DNA of 64,000 bases from Octopus sinensis (taxonomy: Eukaryota): positions 5,642,001 through 5,706,000 of the forward strand of contig NC_043016.1 of NCBI RefSeq assembly GCF_006345805.1, in the 5' to 3' direction. Numbering within the stretch: position 1 is the first letter of the stretch; every line of letters starts with the position of its first letter. The translations under genes and the position numbers were made by a program. The notes under the pieces are model-generated. The model searched no databases. It saw only the letters and a list, made by a program, of their open reading frames with translations, and was not told where the DNA came from. This document shows positions 1 through 12,351 of this stretch, in pieces.

Positions 1-3000
1 AAGTAACCACCCACGCACAACACCACACAACACATTAAAAATACACGTAACACAGAACACATACAGCACCCTGAAATCTCTTTACCCTGATGCAGTAGGG
101 AGATTTCAAAAGTATTCATAAAAAAACTATACAAAAGCCTCATAGAAGAAGACCGTGAGGTGAAAGACAAAGGACTTTCGAACAACAAGTAACCTTTTCT
201 CTCTCTCTTTCTTTTTTGCACTTTCTTTTCGTGTGTAAAACACAATTTTATCGGAACATGCTCAGAATAGGCAGTATAAATGTACGTGGCTTGGGGTCGC
301 CTTGGAAACAAGGCTACCTGTTAAATGACATCAAGTCACTAAATCTGAATATCATAGCCATCAGTGAGACCAGACTCCACAGCTTGCGGGCACTCCAGCA
401 CATTTTCGGTACACATTTCAACATTTATTTTTCTCCGTGTCTACCGAGAATGGGCGGAGGTGGCACCGCGGTGCTTATCCGGAAGAGTCTGGATCTCAAA
501 GTAAGAGCAAATTCCTAGACCCGGAGGGTAGGCTGGTCGTTTTGGATGTCGATGGCAGCAATGAGTGTGCTTTTCGACTGATAGCAGTTTATGCTCCGTC
601 CTTAACAGGCCGACCAGATTTCTTTCGACGTCTAGAGTCTTTCATGGAACGTCTCGTCCTTTACTTTTAGTGGGGGATTGGAATGCCACCCTGGACACGC
701 ATCTAGACTACGTGGGCAGAGATAGCAATAGAAGGGGATGCAAATGCCTCAAAGACCTGCTCAGACGTTTCCAACTGTCTGACAGGTACCGACTGGACCA
801 CCCGAATGTGCCAATGTGGACATGGAGTAACCGCATCGGGTCGTCCAGATCATACTTAGATAGAGTATTCTGTAGGACAATAGATAAAAATAGTGTAGGT
901 TGTCCACAATTTCATATAGTCAGTTACACAGATCACAAGTTTGTGACTTGTACACTTGACTTAGATAAGACACATAGGCAGGGTCCTGGTTACTGGAAAC
1001 TGAACGCGTCTTTTACAGCACGACAGGTTTACAGGGACCGGATCAGCATTAGTTAGAGAGCTTTGACGGGTACCATCATCAACAACAGATGGTGGTATGC
1101 CCTAAAAAAAGCAATTAAAGCAGAATCAGTCAGATACAGTAGAGCCCTAGCATTAGACCGAAATAGAATAGAGGGAGAATTAGTTAAGGTTTTAGAAGAG
1201 GCACTTAGAACTGGCATCGCGTCCAACGTGCTGGCGGCGAGATTGGCCCTCGACCAACACCTCAACGCCAAACACGAGGGATGCGTTGTCAGAGCTAGGA
1301 TGCGTGCTCTGAGGAACGAAGGAGTTGGAGCGCCCAAGAGGCCCGAGTGGTGGAGACGCAACGAGGCAACAGAGCCACCATCAAGTCTCTTATAGATGAA
1401 CAGGGGCGCGAATTGCTCGAGCCTAAAAGGATGTGTGGGGCTTTTCAACAACACTTCACCCAACTGTTTGGGACAAGTGGTGAGTCAGAACGCAGAGTGG
1501 ACTTTAGTGCCTACCTGCATGCCTTGCCACGACTCTCAGCAAGAGAGGTGGAGTCTTGTGAAAGGCAGCTGCGGACGTACAGGATGCGATGGTAGGCTGC
1601 GCGAGAGACAAGTCACCAGGCTTGGATGGTCTGCCCTACGAACTTTATTTTCATATGCCAGACTTGTTTGGAGGCGTCTTGGCAGCTGTCTACTGCAACT
1701 GGCAGCAAAACGGGAGTATTCCTGCTTTTGTAAAGCGAGGAGCAGTGGCACTGATTAAGAAAGACCCAAACAAGGGGGACGTCATAGATAATTTCAGGCC
1801 CATCACTCTGCTCAACGCAGATTTGAAAATTTGGCCAAGGTGTTAGCCGAGAGGTTGGCGCTTGTCATCAAGAAACTAATCGACAAGGCGCAAACATGCG
1901 CCGTGCCGGGTAGAAGTATTCATGACAACCTCCATCTGATGCGCTACATCATAGACAGGGTAGTTAAGAATCCTGGCATGGGTGGGGCGCTGATCAATTT
2001 GGATCAATCAAAAACCTTCGATAGGGTAGACCATCACTACTTGGAGGCTGTCCTTAAAGCGGCTGGTTTCGGTCCAGTTTTCCGCGGTTGGATCGCTGCC
2101 TTATACAGCGGCATCCGCTCAGTAGTTCGCGTAAATGGTCATCTATCCAGACCTTTTAACATCATGCGTTCGGTTCGTCAGGGATGCCCCCTCTCATCGC
2201 TGCTGTATGTACTGACTCTGAGCCACTACTGCGGAAACTGGCGACGCTGAGGGGCATCCCACGAGAGCTGGGATGCGGGAGGAGCGTGTCTGCATACGCG
2301 GATGACGTCACCGTCATAGTGTCGAGCTACCAGCACATCGAGCTGGTCGGCGAGACACTAAAAGAATAGAAGCGGTAACGGGAGCAAAAATTAACCGGGA
2401 AAGTCAGTGGGCTTGCGGCTCGGCACCTGGAGAAGCAAGCCCATGCCGTCCAACAGCGTCTCCATTGTGGGACGCTGGACGGACGGACCGGTTAAATTGC
2501 TCGGGGTCTGGTTCGGTCCGGACCTCCAAATGAGAAGAACTGGGGCGAGATAACGACTAGGGTGGCTACTCTCACCCAGAAATGGGCTGAGAAAGCTATC
2601 CCTAAAGGTCGGGCGGAGGTGGCGAACGCGTACATCGCATCCGTCATCGAGTATCGTCTGACCGTCGTGCCTTGTCCCGACCCTACCATCACCAAACTGG
2701 AACGTATACTCTTCCGCTTCTTGTGGAAGGGAAACGTTCCGATGGTTAGGCGATCCATTTGCTGTCAACACCCGCTAAATGGAGGGCTGGGCATGCCGTG
2801 GTTGATGATGCACAGACATGCGCTGAGACTGCGACATCTCCGGCGCTTCATAGACACGGTGAACAGGTGTGGTCGCCTTTTGTGCGGCGCGCTTTCCCGC
2901 AGCTCGTCTCCTTGGACGAACTACAGTCATGGATCAAGCAGAGACCGAGGCTAGGCGAATGGCACCGCGAGTGTCGCGTTGCTCTCAAGCAACTCTGCCG

Positions 3001-3973
3001 TCCGGGATCGAACTTGTGCGACTCCATCACAACAAAGGCATTCTATAGAGGATTAGTGGAGGGGAGGTGCGACGACGAACTCGGGCAGAGTCTGGGCGTC
3101 GACGAGGAACACCTGACCCGCCTGTTCAGGACAACTTTCGGGCCGGGACCTATGAACAATCACCAAAGATCCCTGGCCTGGCAGTGCTATCGAGAAGCAT
3201 TACCTGTTCGGGATAAGCTCTACAGACACGGTTCCAGACACACTGGACCGACTTGCCCGAGATGCGGTCAGAGCGACGAAACCGTTCTGCACGCACTCGT
3301 GCAATGTCCAACCATTTCAGACCTGTGGGCTTATGCCGAACGGCTGCTGTCACGTGTGGGACGAATCCGCCTATCGGCCGAGTCTATCGTGAGAATTGCT
3401 CCGCCCCCTTCCCTCAACCGGGAAGGCAAGGCAGTTTTCATCGTACTGGTGGCCATGGTGAAAGAATGTGTGTGGTGGACCCGAGCGAAAGGATTAGAGA
3501 AAACACTTACCTCTCTGGCCAATCGCTCATCAACTTTTTCAAGTACCACTTGAAAAGGAAGGTGAGAATGGAGAGTGAAGTTTTGTCTCGCGAAAGATTC
3601 AAAAAAAGATCGGTGAATGTTGCAAAGATGGTGCGTGCTAGTGACGAAACCATTTTGAGCATGATCCTGTAGATCGTAAAAAAGAAAGAAAGAGAGCATT
3701 TTGATCTCATGTGATTCTTTCCTCCCTGACTGAGGTTCCCGTGGTCTTTTCTGTAGGCTTTTCTTCCCACGGATGAACCCAATCTTGTTATATCAATGTT
3801 TTTATCATTATTTCTGTGATACACGATTTCCTTTTTTTTTCTTTTTTTCCTCCTCTCGATCCCTTTTGATCGCAATCTTACATTTATTTTCTTTTTTTCC
3901 ACCCTCGAAAAGAAAAGGTCTGCATTTGTATTTGTCCCCTCTGTATTCAGCCCTGTGTGGCTAATAAAAGAAA

Positions 3974-3978
<5 letters not shown>
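1..3978 (+). mobile_element. Tx1/L1-clade non-LTR retrotransposon, ORF2 broken by many frameshifts
   Basis: APE endonuclease start MLRIGSINVRGL...ISETRL (~258), LLVGDWNA and SYLDR motifs; RT motifs FRPITLLNADLKI, LDQSKTFDRVDH, VRQGCPLS and SAYADD (~2290); CCHC knuckle CPRCGQSDETVLHALVQC (~3253); AATAAA at 3963-3968 before a (TC)n run. Confidence 0.93.
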
Positions 3979-4011
<33 letters not shown>

Positions 4012-4036
4012 AATATATATATATATATATATATAT
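3978..4036. repeat. (TC)n then (TA)n microsatellite
   Basis: About 16 TC units followed by a TA run. Confidence 0.95.
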
Positions 4037-5327
4037 AACACCCTAATGGGGGCCTTAACTCCCAAATTTTAGTAATTTCTGTTATGATCCCAAACTACGT
4101 CAAGAGTACTGAATAGATCTTTATGAAATTGGAAATTATATTCTATGCATAAAGGCCATAACCCCCATAACAATTCATATATTTTTGCTCTTGATTAAAT
4201 TTTTACCATAGATATTAGACACAAATGAAGTAATATTTATAAACTTTCATCTTCTTACAAGTTAGAAAAACCTCTCCATGGGGACTTAACACCCACAATT
4301 TTGTCATTTTATCTAAGCAAAAACGAATACAGTTGTGCATAAAAGATGAGCATTATTTGTAATTCAATGGTACAACAGTGTAACAGTTTGCTTTGACATA
4401 TACTTACATTGTGATTTCTGCAATGTGCTGCATAAATCGTCAAGTAAATGAGAGGCATCTTTGACTCCACTGATCAGTTGCAAAGTGTTGAGTAAGGTTA
4501 TTTGATTGCAGACCTCCTTTCAGTCTCTTTATTATCACTGGGTCACACTTTGTTCCCAGATGGTAACATTGATTTCAAGGCCTTCCCAGATGAGTGACTG
4601 GTTATTCAAAGATATTTATAGATTGTAAATTTATTCTGTCCAGTTACGTATCAGTATAGTGGTCATTTGCAAACTCCAGGGGTGACACTTTTATTTCTCC
4701 TTAGCCTTCACGTCACACATTTGTTAATGTTTATTTCAGTTGGGTCACGTCCATCCAATTGCTATAGATTCGTAATGCATCTTACGGCTGTGCCTGTCAC
4801 CTGGATGGTGAGGAATCCTACATTGTGGAGTGGTAACGACTAGGATAGGGTAGCTGACTGCTTATTGTGATCATTCGTCCTTTGCTTTCCTGTAGCTTTA
4901 CTCTCTTTTGCAAACCCAGTGAACATATATTTCCTATTTTGAAAGAAATTCAAACAATAGATATAAGACCCAAGTTAAAAAGATTCTCAACAATTCAACT
5001 TCTCTGGTTGACATTAAGATGGCCACCCCCAACAGGGGCCTTAACTCTTACATTTTAGAGCTCCATGACCTTCATTTTTCAGGAACAAAATCTTTTTAAC
5101 AGGTTCAATAAGACTGGAATTTTGGAATATGCGCATAAAAATCAGTAGTATGGGATACATTTTGCACGATTACAATTTTTTTAGGGTGTGTAAAAAAGGA
5201 AATAACCCTCATCTGCAATTTTGATGAAATTCAAAACATAGATATTCCAGTACATTACAGAAAATATAACAGAAAAGTCTAATTCTTCAATTGCATGTAA
5301 CATGGGCAACGCCGGTATCTCTGCTAG
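4008..5327 (+). mobile_element. Probable non-autonomous Helitron-type element
   Basis: 3' end CATGGGCAACGCCGGTATCTCTGCTAG|T (hairpin-like tract plus CTAG at 5324-5327), resembling the end at 52321-52349; non-coding; motif GGGG(C/A)CTTAAC recurs at ~4048, ~4281, ~5035; 5' end uncertain. Confidence 0.55.
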
Positions 5328-5328
5328 T

Positions 5329-5375
5329 GTATATATATATATATAATATATATAGATATATATATATACACTAGC

Positions 5376-5452
<77 letters not shown>

Positions 5453-5520
5453 ATTATATATATATAATATTATATATATATATATATATATATTATATAA
5501 TATATAATATACATAATATA
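5329..5520. repeat. (TA)n microsatellite
   Basis: Direct reading. Confidence 0.95.
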
Positions 5521-5699
5521 AACAATTGCAGCGTGGAAGGTATTTATAAGCCATTTAAAAACAAACAATATCCATTCGATTCATTCAGCATTTGAGAAGC
5601 TTGACCTGTTCATTGATAAAATTCCGTGCTGCATCTTAGCATGGAATTTTGCAGTGAGCATATCAATGTCTCAAAGCGACGAATATATTTTGGCAAATC

Positions 5700-7700
5700 A
5701 AATTTAAATGATACCAATTGTGGCCAGTCCGTCGTTTGAGACGCACAGACTCAGTAACTTTACTGTCGTCCTCCTTAAATCTATTCTCCAACACATACCG
5801 AGCTTTATACGGGATGATCTGGACCTTTTAAACCATCTCACGAACAAAACCAGGAAGGATTCCCTTCTGGTTTCATTCGATGTAGTAAACCTCTACACCT
5901 CGATTCCTTACGAATACGGAATAATAGCCATACAAATACTGGCTGGAAAAATTCCTAAATGACATTCCTGACCGAATCGGAAAAGAATTCATCGTTGAAG
6001 GAATAAAATTCATCTTACAGAACAACTTCTTCAACTTGAACACTTACAGTCAAAAATCGGGCACGGCGATGGGAACGAGGGTAGCCCCTACTTTTGTCAA
6101 CCTTGTCATGGCATACTTGGAAGTTCAAACATACAAACACGCTAGACTGAAATTTGTAGACAACTTCTAAAAATACTTACTCACCAACTGGAAACGCTAC
6201 CAGGATGACTGGATCATCCTGTGGCCACATAACCTTGAACAACTCCCAAAATTTAAAAAACTTAATCAACAGCGTTAACCACAGTATCCAGTTCACAATG
6301 GAATACGGCTACAAACAACTACCCTTCCTGGACATCTTTAATCATAGAGAGAGATACTGAAATTGAAACCATCTTCTTCAAACCAACGGACTCAAAACAA
6401 TATTTTCTATTCTCCTCCTGTCACCCAAAACATACTAAAATAAATATACCGTTCAACTTAGCGAGAAGAATTTTCACGATTGCATCAAATCCTGAAACTC
6501 GAGAAAAGCGACTCCAAAAACTTAAAAACACATTACTTGATAGCAAATACCCGGCCATTGTAATCAAAAACGTAATAGAACGTGCTAAAATGATAGACAT
6601 CCAAGAGTTACGGAAAACAAGGAAACACTATGATATACTTAAAGCTTTATCTTACGTATCAACACACAATCTAAGGAAAGTTTAAGCATACTATATCATC
6701 CACCAAAACATACCCCTCCTTATGAAGGGGTCGCGAATGAAAAAGGCACTAGAAACATATAGGATTATTAAAAGCAAGAGACAACCGCAATCCCCCAAAA
6801 AGTTACTCACCAGGGCCAAATTACCCACCAAAAATACAACCCCACTAGTCAAAAACTGCAACCGCATAACTGCGGAACTTGTATCTTCCTCTGAGAGGGC
6901 TCAACATACAAATTTACGTCAGGTCAAACTTTTACCATAAAAAGTCACTTCACCTGTGCTTCGAAGAACTTAGTCTATGTTCTCAAATGTGGACAGTGTG
7001 GTGGGGGCTACATAGGTCAAACTAGTTTAACATTGAGGGATAGACTTACGGTGCACAGGTAACAAATCCGGGATCTCGTAAGTAAGCACCTAGACCAATG
7101 CCCCGTAGACATAAACCCGAAGTACCCTCTCGTCCCTCTCTATCAACGCACCGGGAACACTTCAACCCAATTCCCTTTAAATAAGGAAAGCATACTCATT
7201 AAAAAATTTTAAAAACCACAGCTAAATATCCTTTAGAAAGAAGAAAAACAGTAAAGAGATAAAGGAAAAAAGACTCAATTTCTCCACAAAACAATCATGA
7301 ACAACAAACAATTAAAAAAACTTTAGTAACAGTATTCCACCCGGGTTTCGAAGCTGCAACAGTTGCTGACGTCACCTACCACTAGACCAATGAAAATTTA
7401 CAAACACCAGTTGCTGACGTCACCTAACTCTAGATAAATCAAAACCGAATCAACAAATACAACGAAATTACCCTTTAAGAGAATCAACCAACCAGGGAAG
7501 CCAACCAGTCAGAACGACAACTTAACCACCGGAAAAACAAAACGTCACCAGTATTTTAACGAATCAAAAATCAAATCCGCCCGAGGAACAAATTATAAAT
7601 ATACCTGATTACAAAATATACCGCTACAAGAAAAAGCTCCTACGGAAAGAGGATAAGAGAAACTAAACCAAATTCCCTTTTTTTATTATCTTCATTTCTC
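5700..7700 (+). mobile_element. Penelope-like element (RT plus GIY-YIG endonuclease), degraded
   Basis: SFDVVNLYTSIP (~5870), GTAMGTRVAPTFVNLVMAYLE (~6060), WKRYQDDWIILW (~6188), FTCASKNLVYVLKCGQCGGGYIGQT (~6949-7023); stops and frameshifts. Confidence 0.9.
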
Positions 7701-8145
7701 CCTCTTAACTCAGTGTGACCGATCATTACTAACATTAATGAGCTTTGTACATTCAAGCAAATTGATGTACAGTTTTAATATTATTGAGTGCTATGAACAT
7801 TTAAACTTGTCAGCATTGAAATTCCTGTACCTCTCCTCCTAATTCATAATTCTGAATTTGTCTGTTACGAACATTTTTATTTGTCAACATTGAAACTCTT
7901 AAAGATGTTTTTCTAATTCATAATTTTAAACTTTTATTATTGATAAACAAAAAATATTGTTCAAACTAGTCTGGTATATATGTAAATAAATGTATTTTAA
8001 ACTATTACAAGTTTTCCAAATTTAGATGCATTTTCAACAACAAATTTGCCTATATGTGTATATTTATATATATATAATATAGATAAATCGAGTTAAACGC
8101 AAGTGTTATTCAAATTCCTTTACTTCCGACATATATTTCAAAGAC

Positions 8146-8325
8146 AAAGGAATAAAATGGTGTAAAAGAATGCAGTCTTCTCATCAGAGAAAGAAAGAAA
8201 CCAAACACACCAATAAGACGTTTTAACAGAATGTGAAAGGAATAAAATGGTGTAAAAGAATGCAGTCTTCTCATCAGAGAAAGAAAGAAACCAAACACAC
8301 CAATAAGACGTTTTAACAGAATGTG
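8146..8325. repeat. Perfect 90-bp tandem duplication
   Basis: 8146-8235 is identical to 8236-8325 (AAAGGAATAAAATGG...CAGAATGTG). Confidence 0.92.
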
Positions 8326-8454
8326 ATAACTGCGTTTATGATGAAGGGAACGCTATCAAGTTTTTCTTTAAAACCGTTTGTAGATATAACGTCAAAGATT
8401 GTTTATAGAAAGAGAAAGGAATTAGCACAAAACTAATAGCGGAGATAAGTGAAT

Positions 8455-8744
8455 TAGAATCCGACTTTTGACTGTCTTCTTACGTTGAACATTATTACTG
8501 AACATTTATGGTGTATTTTAGAAAAACAAGTAAGGAGTCGATATCCTCCACTATCATCACTACAAGAACTGGAGAATGTTTTAGCTGAAGAATGGACAAA
8601 AATTCCTTGGGAAACAATACAAACTTTGTACAAGTCCATGCTTCATAGAATTCAAGCTGTAATTACTGCCAAAGGTAGTCCTACAGCGTATTAAAATAAA
8701 TTTGCTTGAAATTTTAAGGTGTTTCCATTATTTGCTAACTCCTG
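8455..8744 (+). mobile_element. Tc1 transposon 3' fragment with right TIR
   Basis: C-terminal transposase text EHLWCILEKQVR...EEWTKIP...RIQAVITAKG; ends GTTTCCATTATTTGCTAACTCCTG|TA. Confidence 0.85.
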
Positions 8745-8793
8745 TATATATGTAATCTATATATAAATATAATATATCGTTGGCGATTTTCTT

Positions 8794-8893
8794 NNNNNNN
8801 NNNNNNNNNNNNNNNNNNNNNNNNNNNNNNNNNNNNNNNNNNNNNNNNNNNNNNNNNNNNNNNNNNNNNNNNNNNNNNNNNNNNNNNNNNNNN
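8794..8893. other. Assembly gap (100 N)
   Basis: Run of N. Confidence 1.
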
Positions 8894-9080
8894 ATGAAAA
8901 CACTCATTCACACACGCACTGACACACACGGCAAACACCACACATACCGAAATGAAACCACAGTTACACACTCACTCACATACACCCACGCGCGCGCGCG
9001 CACACGCACAAACAATGAACTGCAAATACTCTGTCACACATGCGCGCAAACAGACACAGAATTGAAAGCACACTCACACA
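8894..9080 (+). repeat. CA-rich repeat, diverged copy of 10071-10200
   Basis: Shared ATGAAAACAC...CACGCGCGCGC...CATGCGCGCAAACAGACACAGAA. Confidence 0.7.
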
Positions 9081-9083
9081 CCA

Positions 9084-9215
9084 GTCCACTGCGTGGCATC
9101 TTGGGCAAGTGTCTTCTACTATAGCCTTGTGAGTGGTTTGGTAGACGGAAACTGAAAGAAGCCCGTCGTATATATGTATGTATGTATATTATAATATCAT
9201 ACATATATATTATAT

Positions 9216-9252
<37 letters not shown>

Positions 9253-9766
9253 CTATAATATATATATATATATATATAATGTCTCATTTATACCTGCCTT
9301 ATACGCTTATAGGTTAAATGAGGCTGCTTGCCCTTACGGCCGAAACAGCTGTCAGATATGATATAATATATTATATTTTATATTTATATGTTATATGTCC
9401 ATTTCATTGTCTAATTATATTACTATATATTTTTGTATAATGCCTTTACTGTCATGTAATGGTTGTAATAAAGTATTGATTGGGTATCATCTGATGGTTG
9501 ATATTTGATTGATTTAAGTATGTTTCTCCATTTTCTAATTTGTAGGTATATATATGTTTGTGTGTCTGTGTGTTTCTCCTAGCATTGCTTGACAACCGAT
9601 GCTGGTGTGTTATGTCCCCGTCACTTAGCGGTTCGGCAAAAGAGACCGATGAATAAGTAACTGGGCTTACAAAAAAAAGTCCCGGGGTCGATTGCTCGAT
9701 TAAAGGCGTGCTCCAGCATGGCCGCAGTCAAATGACTGAAACAAGTAAAAGAATGAAAAAGAATAT
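9084..9766 (+). mobile_element. tRNA-derived SINE family A, interrupted in its central (TA)n by an extra ~270-bp segment
   Basis: Head GTGGCATCTTGGGCAAGTGTC...GAAAGAAGCCCGTCG (9084-9170) and tail GCTTGACAACCGATGCTGG...GACTGAAACAAGTAAAAG (9560-9766) match intact copies at 33405 and 36133. Confidence 0.85.
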
Positions 9767-9811
9767 ATATACATATATATACATATGTATATATTGATAT
9801 ACATATGTGTG

Positions 9812-10005
9812 TGCGCGTGGTAAGTAGGATGCTTACCAACCACATGGTTCCAGGTTCAGTCCCACTGCGTGGCACCTTAGGCAAGTGTTTTCTTCTATAG
9901 TCTCGGGCCGACCAAATTTGGTAGCGGAAACTAAAAAAAGCCCGTGGTATACAAGTGTATATATATGTATACGATTGTGTGCCTGTGTTTGTCCCCCCCC
10001 CCTAC
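9812..10005 (+). mobile_element. SINE family A head
   Basis: GTGGTAAG...CCAACCACATGGTTCCAGGTTCAGTCCCACTGCGTGGCACC (B-box-like GGTTCAGTCCC). Confidence 0.85.
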
Positions 10006-10194
10006 CATCAGAAAACTACATAAACACTTAACCCTCCTTCAAGACAATATCTACTATGAAAAATCAGCATATGAAAACACAATTACACACTGACTCACTT
10101 ACACACACACGCGCGCGCACACGCACAGAAGATTAACTGGAAACACTCTGTCATACATGCGCGCAAACAGACACAGAAATGAAAGCACTCTCTT

Positions 10195-10225
<31 letters not shown>

Positions 10226-10532
10226 TTGGCGGACCCACACACTCATACAATTTCTTTAAAATGTCACGATTTTAAGGTCAACATTTTTAAAGCATAAATA
10301 GCTACGATCGTGCGTGCTTACATGTATCTATGTGTGCGGGTGTGCGGACGTGTGTATATTTGTGCGTGTGTGAGCACAGTCCACACATTTCCAAGGTGGT
10401 CGCATCGTCTCATGTGACCTAGCCGCGAAAGTTTTTTCTCCCACGAGAGTTCTGGACCCCATTAATGAATTCATTTGCATACACAAGTCAAAGCTCACCT
10501 TGAACTTGTTAGGTTAACAAACAGGAGTGTCT

Positions 10533-10685
10533 ATGGGAAGTAGCTTGCTTACCAACGACATGGTTCCGGGTTCAATCCCACTACGTGGCACCATGGGCAA
10601 CTGTCTTCTACTATAGCCTCGGACCGACCAAAGCTTTGTGAGTGGATTTGGTACACGGAAACAGAAGGAAGCCCGTCGTATATAT
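10533..10685 (+). mobile_element. SINE family A head
   Basis: Same head consensus, followed by (TA)n. Confidence 0.85.
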
Positions 10686-10707
10686 GTATTATGTATATAT
10701 AATATAT

Positions 10708-10770
<63 letters not shown>

Positions 10771-10944
10771 GCAAAATAATATGTTACAATTACTCAATAG
10801 TCAAGATAAAACTCTGAGTTTCAGATGCCGAAGTGGAAATCCACAACACCCTCTCTTCGGTTATCTGGCCATCTGAAAAACGCTATGAAAAAATACCGTT
10901 ATACACATATATATATATATATTATATATATAATATATATTATA

Positions 10945-11001
<57 letters not shown>

Positions 11002-11032
11002 GGTATGTATGTATGTATGTATGTATGTATGT
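10686..11032. repeat. (TA)n/(GTAT)n microsatellite with an embedded ~135-bp non-simple segment
   Basis: TA runs flank 10770-10905; GTAT run at ~10990-11030. Confidence 0.85.
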
Positions 11033-11825
11033 TTGATCACCTTGACCGACCAGTCCGTCAGGCGTCCAATTGACACCGCTGGTCACCAGCACACTGTCCA
11101 CTCCTCTCTGGATCGCGCCTTTCTCATCCACGTGATCCCAATCGTCCTCCTGAAATCGTAACTCCTCCGTCGTGGATGTCTTCCGGCGGTCTTTTCCGCT
11201 CGTGCGGGTACCACTCGACAACTGCGTGGTTCCACCGATTATCGGTGAGCCGGGCGACGTGTCCAGCCCATCTAAACTTGCTGCGTGTATACTCTGCGAT
11301 GACATCTCTCACGCCGGACTTCTTTCTGATGATCTCGCTACTGATGTGCTCTCTCAACGAGATACCAAACATTGACCTTTCCATGGCTCTTTGAGCCGTT
11401 ACCAGTCTCTGCTCTTCTCTCTTTGTTGTAGCCCATGTTTCACTACCATATAACATTGCAGGTAGAACTGTACTGTTAATTAGGTTGGCGCGGGTGGTCC
11501 TGTCCAACCTTCCCTTGAGCACATCCCTTATGCCATTAAACGCCTTCCATCCGGCCCTTACTCTCCGTGAGATCTCCTTTTCGATATCTTGGCACATATT
11601 CACTTCCTGTCCCAGGTAGACATATTCCTTTACCTCCTCTATTTCATCACGATGGACCATATATTTACTCTAACACAACTGCTTGAGCGAGCGAATGAGT
11701 ACAAGCTGCCTCTTTGCGTTGCGTTTGTAGACTATGAGAAGGCCTTCGAAACCAACGCAGAGGCAAGGAGTCGAGGCGCAATATGTGCAACTGCTCAGGG
11801 AGGCAAATTCCGGAAGCACCACCGA
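11033..11825 (-). mobile_element. RTE-clade LINE 3' fragment with an inverted RT segment
   Basis: Minus strand YVYLGQ...RVRAGWKAF...LPAMLYGSETW...KFRWAGHVAR (11124-11650); plus strand DHIFTLTQLLERANEYKLPLCVAFVDYEKAF (11652-11750). Confidence 0.9.
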
Positions 11826-11826
11826 C

Positions 11827-11868
<42 letters not shown>

Positions 11869-11913
11869 CTACATATAGATATAGATATATATATATATGT
11901 ATATGTGTATGTG

Positions 11914-11952
<39 letters not shown>

Positions 11953-11955
11953 CTG

Positions 11956-12075
11956 TACATTATTATGGCTGCCCCTCGTTATCGAGTATGGCTATTGCAC
12001 AAAGCTTAACTATTATTGATGCTGTGTTCGAATGTGACTTTTTAGCCCAGCTAAAGACCTACAATGTCTTGTACA
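11956..12075 (-). mobile_element. RTE/BovB-like LINE extreme 3' end
   Basis: C-terminal CRSLAGLKSHIRTQH zinc-finger-like motif, then CCATACTCGATAACGAGGGGCAGCC tail. Confidence 0.6.
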
Positions 12076-12177
12076 CATACATACATACATACATACATAC
12101 ATACATACATACATACATACATACATACATGCATACATACATACATACATACATGCATACATACATACATACATACA

Positions 12178-12211
<34 letters not shown>

Positions 12212-12225
12212 CATACATCCATGCA

Positions 12226-12259
<34 letters not shown>

Positions 12260-12320
12260 CATACATACATACATACATACATACATACATCCATGCATAC
12301 ATACATACATACATACATAC

Positions 12321-12351
<31 letters not shown>

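Noticed and set aside
258-3672. Intact active LINE ORF2
   Set aside because: Split over many frames by indels and stops; some may be sequencing errors, which cannot be judged here.
8180-8285. Minus-strand CTGATGAG in the 90-bp duplication as a hammerhead core
   Set aside because: No GAAA follows the putative stem II.
10400-10490. ATTTGCAT octamer with a PSE-like stretch as an snRNA promoter
   Set aside because: No snRNA-like sequence nearby, and the match is short enough to be chance.
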